Positions 14,101 through 25,676 of a DNA stretch of 64,000 nt are shown in pieces; within the stretch, counting starts at the first letter, position 1; the number at the start of each line of letters is the position of its first letter. The DNA is taken from positions 3,968,480 through 4,032,479 of the forward strand of contig OZ316898.1 in the NCBI GenBank assembly GCA_973895155.1, in the 5' to 3' direction. Under the pieces are notes generated by a model, which ran no database searches, had not been told where the DNA came from, and was given only the letters and a program-made list of their open reading frames with translations. Made by a program: the position numbers and the translations under genes. This DNA comes from Marsupella aquatica (taxonomy: Eukaryota; Plantae; Marchantiophyta).

Positions 14101-15957
14101 TCTCCGAGGGTAACATCAAGTCATGACAATATTCAAATATGTCTGATAACATAGAATTGCTTGTCTTGTGTTTGGCTTGAATGTTCAAGAGCCCCAATAT
14201 GGCAGAAAGATGGCTCAACCGAGCACCCTCAAAAATAGGTGTTCGAGCATGTTCCTCTGCCTCTTTCCATTGTTGTTGTCCCTCTGGAGTATGTTGTGGC
14301 CGTGGGTCATTTGAAGGGCCAACCTCATGACCAATGTGAGGCACATCATCCTCAACATCGGCACCAAACCAATCAACCATGAAGTCATCCATGGCTCTAT
14401 CTTGATCATGCATGACCTGGTCATCAGTCCGAGGTGCGGCTTCCTCATCAGCACCACCTACATCATTACTTGATGAGGAATCACCCTCTGATGGTTCTCC
14501 CTCTTCTGGCATACCCATCTCCCGATATGTTGCTCTCAACCTTCATGGTAACATTTGTTGAGATGGTTGCGCATTCTATGCACATTACAACCCAAAAACC
14601 TCCTCATGTATATTTGACCAAGTACAACAAATTAAAATAGACTTAACACCATTCATTCAAGACATTAAGAATTAAAGTAAATGCATGGGCTAAAACCTTA
14701 TTACTCCAAAATGAGCCCAAAGGCCATATATATAATAGTAAATGGGAAGTCCAAAATAGGTGCAAGAGGATAAAGGACATGATTTCCTAATCCCACTCAT
14801 AGTGTGTGAATAACTCATCTCCTGCTCTAATGGTCCTAGTAGCAAGAACTAAGCAATGGTCCTTATGATATGTCGTGCCATATGGTGCCGGCATTGGACC
14901 ATCAGTAAAAACCCACTCACAATTGGCCCTACGCTTGGGCCGAGTCCCCACAGTACTATTTATGAAACCAGCAATATTCCCATTACGTATGGGATCACCA
15001 TCTATCACCCGCTGCTCACTATACCTTCTAGTGCTACCATCAAAAGTATCCATCTCTAGAGCATATGTTTTCCACTCAGGATGTTGTGCAAGGATCATGT
15101 TCCAATGTCTTCTCTTGTAGATGGATCCACCGTATGGGAACAAAGTAGGACCCTCTCTACCACGAACACTTGACCCACCCTCCTCATCCATGATGATATC
15201 CTCACAAGCAAATACTCCATATCCATGTCTCTCTCCAAGTGTGGAAGTTTTCACAATCCAACGTCTACCCCAAACCACAATCTCCTCATCAAAATCTGTA
15301 AAATAAGGCAAGCCAAGAGTGATAGGTTCCCAATCCTTGATGATAGAGGCACACTTGCCAGTGAATGAACAAACACCCCACCTACCCTGAACTAGTGTTC
15401 TGGATGGGTCATTGGGTGCTCGTGGCCTCCTGTTGGATTGGGGCCTGGACCGGGGTCTTCGTGTCTCAGTGGGCACATGAGGGTGTTCCCCTTCTGTCCC
15501 ATGACTGGTACTAATTCCCAAACCCAAGGCTTGTGAAAGTGCATTGCCTATAGCATCTAAAACTCCTTGTGATGGGACATAGGGTGGTGGTGTCACCAAT
15601 CTACGCATACTGGATCCCTATTCCATGCAAACACCCACAAACAACCAAATGTGTAAACCATATGTGTAAACATTGATTCACCTCTAAAAATAACAGTAAA
15701 GAACGGCAATCAATTGAAACAAACTTACCATATGGGATGAAGAAGCCCCGGGAGTAAGACCTCTATGACGTCCATATCTCTCAATATGTTGAGCACACAC
15801 ATAAGATTTTTGAGAAATTTGGCCCACACATCTGGTGAAGTCACAAAGTCTTCGGGGTGGACCACGAGGACCAGTAACCTCGGGCTGAGGAGGAGGGGGT
15901 ATATCGTCATCGGAGGAGTACTCACTACTGGATAGTTCAGAGGAAGAGGACATATCC
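11182..15957 (-). pseudogene. CACTA transposase TnpD-like (Transposase-associated + Transposase_21 + DUF4218 + DUF4216), spliced, two nonsense codons
   Basis: Predicted exons 15957-15729, 14575-13399, 13301-11840, 11668-11182 with GT-AG introns. Motifs LGLASDG, YNLPP(W), HDYPG, LDPMHIEGNV, LKTHDYH, FFDCQVHLLVHL, WMYWLERY, FKCKWF. In-frame TGA at 14545-14543 and 13615-13613. Confidence 0.9.
14787..15617 (-). CDS. SET-domain protein exon (putative lysine methyltransferase) nested in transposase intron 1
   Basis: Intact ORF with SET motifs in order: GYGVFACEDI, YGG, IAGFINS, ANC, LATRTIRAGDELFTHY. AG acceptor at 15619-15618 is in frame (phase 0) with exon 15957-15729. Confidence 0.85.
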   Translation of the reverse strand, partial: GSSMRRLVTPPPYVPSQGVLDAIGNALSQALGLGISTSHGTEGEHPHVPTETRRPRSRPQSNRRPRAPNDPSRTLVQGRWGVCSFTGKCASIIKDWEPITLGLPYFTDFDEEIVVWGRRWIVKTSTLGERHGYGVFACEDIIMDEEGGSSVRGREGPTLFPYGGSIYKRRHWNMILAQHPEWKTYALEMDTFDGSTRRYSEQRVIDGDPIRNGNIAGFINSTVGTRPKRRANCEWVFTDGPMPAPYGTTYHKDHCLVLATRTIRAGDELFTHYEWD

Positions 15958-16090
15958 ACTGCCACATTACATTGCATGTAGGGCATGATTAGGAAAAATT
16001 AGGCCATATATAAAGCAATTTTTAAAAAAATGAACTCAAAAAACAATTAGGTTGGTTTATACATGGGGTTTTATTACCCTTTTATATTTG

Positions 16091-17130
16091 TTAGCATGAA
16101 ACCCAAATTAAGGTGAGTGTCATGCAAGAAGAAACCACATTATAACCTTTGGGAAAATTGTAATACCCTATGTCCTAAGTGAGGTTAGATTATTACCTGA
16201 ATGAGACCCGGGCTCAACAGTGCCTATAGGTCACGTGGCTTTTGGAACATTTGCCAAATCTAGAAGTAGGAGGAAAATACTGGAAACAAAATGTAAGTTT
16301 GGATGGTAATTAGCAGCCGTCAAGTTGTGGAATCTTAGACATTTACCCACATATATCATGGCACAACAAAGAAGGGCAAGCATAAAAATCTGTACTAACA
16401 ACATTGACTGTATACATGATGTTATACCTTTTAGATGCCCGGGTTCCCACAATGCATATGCATTAGACAAAAGTTGAGGTAGTAGTGTTGGCCCTGCGTT
16501 GTATCATGATTACATGGGTTTTCCCCTCAATTGTTAGCATAAAACCCTAAACCCTAAACCCTTATCCCCCCTCGAGTGAAAGGTGAGTGTCATGCAATAA
16601 AAACCCACCGTAGACCCCTGGGAAAACTCTAAAGGCCTAAGCCCAGAATGAAGTTGGACAATAATTACCTGAATGAGATCCGGACTCAATAGTGCCTGTA
16701 GGTCGTGTGGCTCATTGAACATGAGCTGAATCTAGAAGCACGAGGAAAATACTGGAAATAAAAAAGTAAGTTTGGATAGCCATTAGCTTCTCTCAAGTTG
16801 TAGACCCCCAAACATGTGCATATAGATATTCTTGCACAACAAAGAAGGGCAAGGTTTATGAACAATCTCTTTATCAAACCCTGCTAACATACATGTTTAA
16901 ATATACCTTTTAGATGTCCGGGTTCCCACAATGCATATGCATTAGACAAAAGTTGAGGAAGCAGTGATGGTCCTGCACTGGATCATGATTACATGGGATT
17001 TCCCTCAATTGTTAGCATAAAAACCAAAACCTCATCCCGCTTCAAGTGAAAGGTGAGTGTCATGCAATAAAAACCCACCATAGACCCTTGGGAACTCTAA
17101 AAGCGTAAGCCAATGAAGTTAGCAAAAACC
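16091..17130. repeat. ~450-480-bp tandem repeat (~2.2 copies) between the divergent CACTA genes
   Basis: AAGGTGAGTGTCATGCAA recurs at ~16110, ~16580 and ~17050; ATACCTTTTAGATG...CACAATGCATATGCATTAGACAAAAGTTGAGG recurs at ~16424 and ~16903. Confidence 0.9.
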
Positions 17131-17837
17131 TAAATGGTCAATTCCCTTCAACCATCCTATGCTTCTCTCTACCATAATTATATGCCACCCCTCTTGGTTA
17201 CCCTCCTAAGATACCATAAAAGTAACCCAAGATACTATAAAACTGAAACCTCTCTTTCAAACCCTCCTAAGTTGGCCTAAACCCCAAAACCCAAAACATA
17301 AAACCCCTCCTAGCTCTTACCCTCCAATACATATAACCCCAACCTTCATAAATAAAACCCCCCTGCAAACCCAAAACATAAAACCCCTCGTATCTAAGCC
17401 AATCTAAGCCCAACCTTCACAAAAGAAACCCTCCCCTAACCAGGCCAAACCCCCTCCTCTTACCCTGCAATATAACTCCTTCAATTTTCTAACCCCCCCC
17501 AATCCTTATCTCATCACATCCCACTAAAATGCAACATAATCCTCTACATCTACCCCATTTAATGTTCATAAGCCCCCTTAGTATCCCTAACAACACATCA
17601 AATACGCATGCGAGATGGGGGTTATGGCAAAACCAAATAGCGAAGGCTTTTGCGAATCTTGAAGCTTCGCAAAGATAGAATTTGTGAAGCTTTTTGCGAA
17701 GGCCGATGCATCGCAAACTGCGATGCGAAACGAATCGCAAAGCCCAATATTTTGAATCCTTATGGATTGCCGAGCGCGGACAAGGCGGATTCAGTTCATT
17801 CAGGCCTGAGGAGAGCAACGAGGGCAAGGGCGGAGCG

Positions 17838-19938
17838 ATGGCAAGCAAAGAGGGGACTGGTGGTGATGGAGGAGCTTCTGGCAGCAGCGGAGGCAACCGA
17901 GGGGGGGGGATCGATTGAAGGCGATTGTGGATGAGCATTTTTTGGTTGCACAGTTGAGTCAAATTGATTTCACCAGTCCAGCAAGGCTGGCATCATTGAG
18001 TGCCCTTCTGGGCCAAGCCTTGCAAGCAGGTCTCACTGCAGGGCAAGCAGCAGTGGAGGAGGATGCAAGGAAGGCAGCAGAGCAGGCGGCTGCTGAGAGG
18101 AAGCGAAAGAGGGACGAGAGAGATCAGGCTGGAGTGCTCTCGCCTCAAGCATTGGAAAAGAAGAGGAGGAAAGATGAGAGAGACCTGATCAGGAAACAGA
18201 GGGAGGAGCAAAGAAAGGAGGCAGCAAGGAGGAAGCTGCCTCTGATTACTTTAGAGGATGAGGGGATTCCCACCGAGCTTGCTTACAATGGGGCCAAGAG
18301 CACAATCAGGCACATTGTATCCACAAATTTTGCAAGAGGAGTCGAGTGGGGCACTCGCTCAAAGGCAGAGCAGAAGCGAGTCATCAATCAGGTGAAAGAT
18401 GCATTTCGAAATGGAGGAGAGATGGATTCACAGTGGCTTGCTGACAAAATTTCAAACTCCATGTCACAAGCTAGATACCATGATAGAATGAAGATCAGGT
18501 CTCACCTTAGAGATTTGGAGGAGTATAGGAATTTGCAGAGGCCGCTGCAATTCTCAGAAGATATCTGGCAGGCCTTCTACCAGACAGAGGTGAAGTTGAA
18601 AGCAGCCAGGCTCCTCAATGATTTCACAGAGAAGCTGGCAAAGGCTCGAAGGGCAAAGGAGGCCGGGAAGTCTGACCGGGACCTGAAGGTGATGGAGCAG
18701 AAGGTAGCCCAGCTCCAGCAGGTTGTAGCAGAAGTAGGCGATCCACCCAACAAGTTCCTGAAGGCAGCTGAGCGAGTCTGAGACAAGCCCAACATCACCC
18801 ACAGGCTGGGTCAAGGTGGCCTCCCCGGCCTCAAAGCAGCATTCGTGAGTGCACCTCCCTCTCCTCCCTTGACTTCTTGCTACTCCAATTCCTATTCCAA
18901 CACACCTGCAATGAGCCAACTCTTTCTTGCATTTCCACCAAGTAGTTATAATTAGACTTGTTGTGTCAGATTAGGTCACGTACAGTTGCTTCCCTCTCGG
19001 GTTTTTGCCATGACAGAGTTTGCGATACATTTGCGATGCGGGTAGCTTCGCAAATCCTTTGCAAACCTTATTATGCCCTTTTTTTGCTTACGTTTGCGAA
19101 GGCATTGCGAAGACGTTGGCTTCGCAACCAGCTTCACAAACGTAATTGTCCTTATGATTGCGAAGCTGGCGCCTTCGCAAAATTTCAAAATTTTGAATTT
19201 TTAAATTTTCCGATCGTTTAAGTGTTCTTTGAGGGTCTTCCCCATATATGCCACCCTCCATAACCCCAAAACCTTGATGCACCACCCCACTAGCCCCAAC
19301 AAACCCCCTAATTTTTAGAAGCCATGTGAATCGGGTTATGGGTTGGTGTTAACCCAATTGTGCTGGTTTTGTTTTGGCTTAGTACAAGAGGTACAAGAGG
19401 AAGATTACGGCGGCTGAGATGGAGGTGGGCCAGAAACATGGGAAGGAGCATCTCTTTCAGCAAGTTGATGAATTATTGGTGAGAATTTTTAGGTTATTAC
19501 ATTCATTGCAATTTTGAATGAATATCTCTTTTGTTCACACTTGTAAAGAATATGAGACTAACAGACACCCTGGTTTGCTAATGGAAGTAGGGAGGGGAGG
19601 ATGGTGACTCCCATACCGAGGGTGGCACCGATAGTAGTGATGAGGATGTGGAGGGGACAGGGGAGGGGAGCACAGCTCCTGCTACTCAAGCCAGGCCAAC
19701 TAGCACTGGAGACCAGTCATTTGCATCAGCACGTTCCAGTGGTGCTGGGGGTGGTAGCGCGACAAGCCAGGGCGGTGGAGGTGGGGATGAGGATGAGGAT
19801 GAGGATGAGGGTGACCCCGAGGGTGACCAAGAGGAGGAGGAAGTCCAGGTTGCACCCCCCCCCCCCCCAAGAGCACACAAGGGCAAGGAGAAGGCCAAGG
19901 GGAAGAAGGCAAGGAGGGGCAGGAACACTCCTTTCTAG
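17838..19938 (+). pseudogene. CACTA ORF2 (TnpA-like accessory protein), 3 exons, disrupted
   Basis: ATG 17838, frameshift in a G run (~17901), ORF to TGA 18779, then HRLGQGG motif. GTGAG donors at ~18845 and ~19479; exons ~19384-19478 and ~19590-19938 (acidic/basic tail). Transcribed divergently from TnpD. Confidence 0.65.
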
Positions 19939-20189
19939 CTCGATGTAGACAAGTTGTAGCTAGAGCACTTACATCGAGTTCACATGTATAGCGATCAGCA
20001 TGCATGGCCGTGGCACTTTACCTAAGGGTTTTTACCCTTCCATTTTGTAACTTTTGTACTTTTTCAGTAATGCCATTTTAATTGCGGCAGACTGGGTCAA
20101 CATCACTTTCCTCCCTCCTTCAAAACCCATGAATGGTCTCCCTCACCCTCACCCTAACCCAAATACACAAAAACCCATGAAATATACAT

Positions 20190-20705
20190 TTTGCGAAGCT
20201 TTTGAGAACCAACCCCAATCTCAAAGAGCCACGGTGAACGTATTGCAACCATTCCGAGGAGAAATGCATCGCAACACTTGCGATGTTGTCTAAATCACAA
20301 CCCTAGCGAAGACTTCCTCTCCACACGTTTGCGAGTTAAATGCCTTCGCAACAAAGCGGTCATCCGCTTCTCACAATCTTATGAGTTTGTTTGCATCGCA
20401 AGTTATAGAGAAATTTAACATCGGAAATTGCGATGTAAATGTCATCGCAACGCGAGCGATTCATTTGTTCTCGCAAAATAATGAAATTTGTCGTTTCTCA
20501 ATATTTGCAAGGACAGTGCCGTCGCAACGTTGCGGAAATGTTGCGACGTATTTAGAATCGCAAGTTGCGAAGTAGTTGCGAAGGGCCGTTTGCGAAGAAT
20601 TTGAGATGGGAAGTAGCGAAGACGTTGCGATGCGAGTAAGTTCGCAAATTGGGTATTTCGGATTTTGTTTCCTTTGTATGATGCGAAGGGTGGTGGTTCG
20701 CAAAA
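20190..20705. repeat. CACTA right subterminal repeats (TTGCGA/TCGCAA motif)
   Basis: Dense GCGA/TCGC motifs leading into the terminal GTAGTG. Confidence 0.85.
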
Positions 20706-20934
20706 GAGGTGCATAGTGTTGTAGTGACAATTGGAATTTTACTTCCCATGATTTATTCAAAAGATTAAACCACAAGAAGGAGGAAAGTCTTCTCCTGGTG
20801 TCAAGCTTGATCTCGAACTCTTAACATTCATGATCAACTGGCAGAACACCAAGGAAAGGCAAAAATTGCTAAACTTTACCATCATCTACACTAGTAGTAG
20901 AGCTATCTTATAGTCAAAATCTACTGAGTGAGAG

Positions 20935-21945
20935 GTCACAGGGTCGAAGAGACATGCCTCTTCATACCCCTCAAAATTTTAAAATGGCGATTCAATAAGT
21001 GAAAAGCCGGAAAAATGGCTTAGTATGAACTTGTAACTAGTAAACTATTAACTCATAATCGGAAATCTGTCGGAACTCGTAATCGTAAACTAGTAACTCT
21101 TAAACTAGTAAAAGCTGTGAACTAGTAAACTCTTAAACTCGTAAAAGCTAAGTCGTAACTCGTAATCGCGGTAAAGTAAAGACTTGATGAATTCAACTAT
21201 TTTTAACTTCCTAACTATAAGTCAGAAAACTCTGAGATTTTGCCAGGAGGTTTTCCTAGGTACAGACTATACACTGAGGAAGTATGACAGCTTCCAAAGC
21301 TCTAGAACACATTTCTAAAAATCAGATAAGATGCACTACTCTAAAAACTAACTAAGAACACTTAAAGACTTCTTCAAGCTTGCTGTCGGATGTCGTCTGG
21401 TTCCAGCAACTCCACAAGGGTAACAATTCGGTTCTGAGTAACTTCCATCAGTTCAGCTTGGCGTGGGGATCCTCTGGAGTATGGTAGGCATCTCAGTTGT
21501 CTCTCAGGATACATCAAAGGCATTCTCTTCATCAAATAACATGAATCTATACGAAGAGCTTCTCTGTACATCCCGATCACATCATAGTTGTTGCAGGTAG
21601 CAGCATATACTTGGGGATAATGATACAAGAACTCATCACTATTCATCATCCTGGAATAGAAAGGGTGAAGCCTCCATTTGACATCTCTGAAATATCAGTT
21701 GAAGTTGGCCAGAGTTTGAGAGGTAAGGTGGAAGAGAAGTCAGTAATGAGCGCCTATGTCTTGCATTCCTTCCCTTTCAAGGTGAACTCTTCATCCGTTG
21801 TGGAGTCCCGTTGAACTAGTCGTAAGATGTCACGATCACAGGGTCGCCAACTCTTAAGGCATAACTCGTAAAGCAGTGAACTAGTAAACTCGTAAACTGA
21901 GTTTACTCTTAAACTTACTTTAAACTTGGGAACCGTAACTTGTAG
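20935..21945. repeat. Two AACT(A/C)GTAA motif arrays, each preceded by TCACAGGGTCG, flanking a small minus-strand ORF fragment
   Basis: Arrays at ~21028-21180 and ~21850-21945; ORF 21374-21649 lies between them. Confidence 0.6.
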
Positions 21946-22047
21946 ACAGAATGCTATCTCCGTTCTGTTATCAACAATTAGAGGTTAAACCCCATAAAAA
22001 ATTTAAAAATTTTCAGTTTCTTCATGATTTTGGAAATACCCACTACT

Positions 22048-22247
22048 TACAGGATTATTCACATCTGAAGGTTTTGGATGTGATGCGTATGTGCTTACAC
22101 CTTCCCAGCTTTGGTCTAAGTTGGAGTCCAAGTCAAGGAAGTACATTTTCCTTGGATATCAGAAAGGTGTAAAAGGTTAATATAGGTTATAGGTTATGGG
22201 ATCTAGTAACCTTAAATTAGTTGTCAGTAGAGATGTTTCCTTTAATG
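22048..22247 (+). mobile_element. Ty1/copia integrase C-terminal (SH3-like) remnant
   Basis: Broken translation DYSHLKV.GCDAYV...SKLESKSRKYIFLGYQKGVKG.YRLWD...LVVSRDVSFN; homologous to ~46138-46325. Confidence 0.8.
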
Positions 22248-23555
22248 TTTAGGGTATACTCAAAATCCATTTCCAGATCCAAACTTGTCATGTAAACATT
22301 CACATCATCTTTTTGTCATCCGGAATCATCAGTTTGAGACTCAGAGTCCACATGAAGGTTTTTAATTCATCGATATATGGGAGACTAATAAGGAACCTAA
22401 TTTATAATAAAATTTAACCTAATAAACCCTAAAAATAATGTAGTCATGGTTTGTAGGAGCGACACTACTTCAGAATGGAGACAGCATATACGTCCTGATC
22501 AACTCACTACATCAAATGTGCTCCTACTCATGTTAGGCATGTCTTCTCACGCCATGCCTACACGACGCGGGCGTAGGGCATTTCCGTTCTACACGAAGAT
22601 TTATCATATTAACCGATCTACAATACCGTAGTTCTACATTCGCGGAAGGCATGGGTTGCCGCCATATAATTGGGTGGCACGCATGAATATTTTGAAGTTC
22701 GATCAGCCGTGCTTTGGATCCTAAAAAAATGTATAGGACAAGCAGGATAAAGACTTCACCCGACCCGGTAATGATTGTACTCCAAGATGTAAGTAGTTGC
22801 CTCGGACCGACGGCGGGTAAGGAGTGATCATAATAATGACACGAGTGGTACAATAATATCCAGGCATCCCAGCCGGAGCCATCACCCTGGGGGCACAAGA
22901 GCCCCTAAATTATGTCGGTATCAATTTGCAAGCGATTAAGTCGATTACACGCTTGTGGAAAGCATTTGAAGTACAGCCATACTTTGGGATCCTAACTAAA
23001 CGTATGGGACAAGCAACCAAGCAGGATAAGACTTTGCCGGTTCACCGGCCTAGTATAGCGTGTCCGCCAAGATGTAAGCTATACACCGACGGCATGCAAG
23101 GGATCCTCATAAATACCCCAACCTAAATGATAACCCAGCTCATCACCAAGGAGGGGTTGGTCCCCGGAACTTACAATAGAAGAGTAGATATTATTAAATA
23201 CGCTCACTACTTGTGTCCCCAAAAGGAAGTGTTTAATTTGTTGACCGTATGAACTATTAATAATGAAACTGCTATAATTGGTGAATCAATCTTTCAAATT
23301 TTGTCTTATTCAGATTTTGTGTCCGGAATTTTTATTTTAGTGTGACTTAACAAGGTGAATCGTTTGTATTAAGTTCATTTTTAATTAAGTTTTGGAACCC
23401 TTATGATTTTAATGAACTTAGAGTTTTTTGAATGTATTTGGCTTCCCTCATAAATTTTTAATCTTTGAATACCAATGGGACATGGGAGACTGAGCAGCTG
23501 ACCGCCAAACTCCAAGAGATCATCAAGAAGTACCCTAACAACTTTCAAGGGACAA

Positions 23556-23745
23556 TCCACATCCATGTGGAAAGTGGTCCAACCTTGGGACCGCAATACA
23601 TTCAGTCAACTTGTTGTTGAGAAAAGCAGTGTCCACATCCATGTGGAAAGTTGTCCAACCTTGGGAGGCAGCAATGGTAGTCATGACCTGTAAAGTAGAC
23701 CACTTAACAACTGGAGCAAAAGTGTCAAAGAAATCAATGCATGCC
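23556..23745 (-). mobile_element. Ty1/copia reverse transcriptase remnant
   Basis: Minus strand reads IDFFDTFAPVVKWSTLQVMTTIAASQGWTTFHMDVDTAFLN; ~35 bp is locally duplicated. Confidence 0.8.
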
Positions 23746-24454
23746 GTTGATAGTCCCCATGAGCAACAAGCTAGGTCAATAATCCCGCTCCAAGTACTAG
23801 ATCTGGAAAAGGAAAGGGAGGGAAAGGAAAGAATAAGGTTGTTGTGGAGGCAATCTCAGTAGATAAGAAATATTTTTGGTTGGGTCATATTGTCCAGACA
23901 TTGCGTACGTTGCAGAAATTTGGTGGTACTCACAGACGCACTATACTTGTAAGTTTTTCTTGCAAGAAACAAGCCCAGACATTGAGAGAAACAAGCGCGG
24001 ACATTGCGTTGCAGAACTTTTGTGTTACCTTGTTTTCGTGTTCGACATTCACCTTCTTTTGCTCCTGTTTGGAGCTTCAATGTTGCATTTTGCGTTGCAT
24101 TGCCATGCATTGTGACCATCTAAGGGATATTAAGGACTGTAAACATCTGACCTTGTAGTGAATGTTCCTTACTCTGCAACAGGAAGCTGCGGCATTACTC
24201 TGCATTTAGACCTTCATTACTCTGTGGCATTACTCTACGTTTAGGAGAACAAACAGGGCAGCTCAAGGGCGGTGGAAGTAGGGTGAATCTCTACCCTCAC
24301 ACATGATCTCATGGTGTTAACCCAACATCATGAGTAGTGTTTGGGATGAAGCAGCGAAAGCCAAAACATACCGACAAAATTTTAAGAGAAGAGAGCGTAG
24401 GGCAGGGTAAGCAGTGAATGCAGTAAGAACACATGCCAAAGAAACTTTACAAGA

Positions 24455-24670
24455 TGCTCAGGGGCAGGCAGAGAAGCTGGTGATTCAGGAGGCTACCATA
24501 GAGGCCGAGAAGTTGCTTGCTGAGGCTAGACACAAGGCTGCAATAGAGGTAGACCAGTTGATTGCTCAAGCTAGACACAAGGCTACCATAGAGGTGGAGA
24601 AGCTGCTTGTTTAGGCTGGACGAGAGGCTGCAATAGAGGCAGAGAAGCTGCTTGCTAATGCAAGAGAGCA
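24455..24670 (+). repeat. 45-bp (15-aa) tandem repeat in the transposase N-terminus (EAEKLLAEARHKAAI-like, ~5 copies)
   Basis: Recurrent ATAGAGG...GAAGCTGCTTG...GCTAGACACAAGGCT. Confidence 0.8.
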
Positions 24671-25676
24671 GGCTGACAACTTCAAGGATGAAATTTGGCT
24701 ACAATTGGCTGGGGAGTTTGCAACTTTGGAATACCAAATTCATGACTTGCAGAATCAAACTATTGATTTGGAGTCCAGGTTGAGATCAGCGGAGGAGTGC
24801 AGTGCAAATGATCAGTCTTTTGGAGATGCAACAGGGGTGGCAACTCAAGAGGCTATGAGTGCATCAGCTAGAAGGAGACAACAGAAGTCTCGTTTGAGGA
24901 AGCGGTGTCTACTTGGTGAGGTAATCGAGAATTATGATGCCTCTGATATCCCAAACAGAAGTGTCCGTAGCCAGACCCAAGTTGTCACTGGGATGGTAAA
25001 GCACTTTTCTGAATTACGAGAAGACATAATTTTGCTGCTAAGAAGATCATCATGGAGCGTTTCTGGACTCATAAGGGAATGGTTCAATTGCACCCCACTT
25101 CACTAGGCTGCCCTAAAGCGGATCTGTCATGGAGTACAGCTATCGATGATATAAAGAACACTTTGAAAACAGTCAAGTATGTAAGGCGTAAAGATCATAA
25201 AGCAGCCAAAGATATTCTACTATCTTCTTTTATTGGTCCCAAGATTGTGGATGCAAGATACCAATCTTCTCTTGCTCGAGCATTGTGTATCAAAAGAGCA
25301 TCTGTGTATGCTGCTAGTAAGAAAAGAATTTTTCTAGATGGTGATGCAACACTGCGTTTTCCAATGGGTCAGCAAAAGGAAAGGAGTGATCGCCTTTCTC
25401 TGGAGATTCGAGGTGATGTTGCGTGGTTCTGGGAGGCGCTTACAAGGCCTGATCCAGGCAAGAAGGATTTTGTACGAAAAAGGATTGTAAAGAATGAATA
25501 TGTGGAGCATAGGACTCACCACCTTGAGGATACTGAGGTAATTGCTAATTATGTAGTAGTGCATCTCATTTCTAATCGTGTAGTAAGTCTGCAAGTGTAG
25601 TAGTGCAAGTATGTAATCAATAATATTGGTTTATTTTGTGCACTACTCATTTTGTTCACTTATGTTGCACATGGTG

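Larger units (their letters stand above)
9827..20726 (-). mobile_element. Full-length CACTA/En-Spm DNA transposon (10.9 kb)
   Basis: Left end CACTACTACA, right end TGTTGTAGTG; 3-bp TSD ACA at 9824-9826 and 20727-20729; subterminal TTGCGA/TCGCAA repeat clusters at both ends; TnpD-like transposase inside. Confidence 0.95.
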
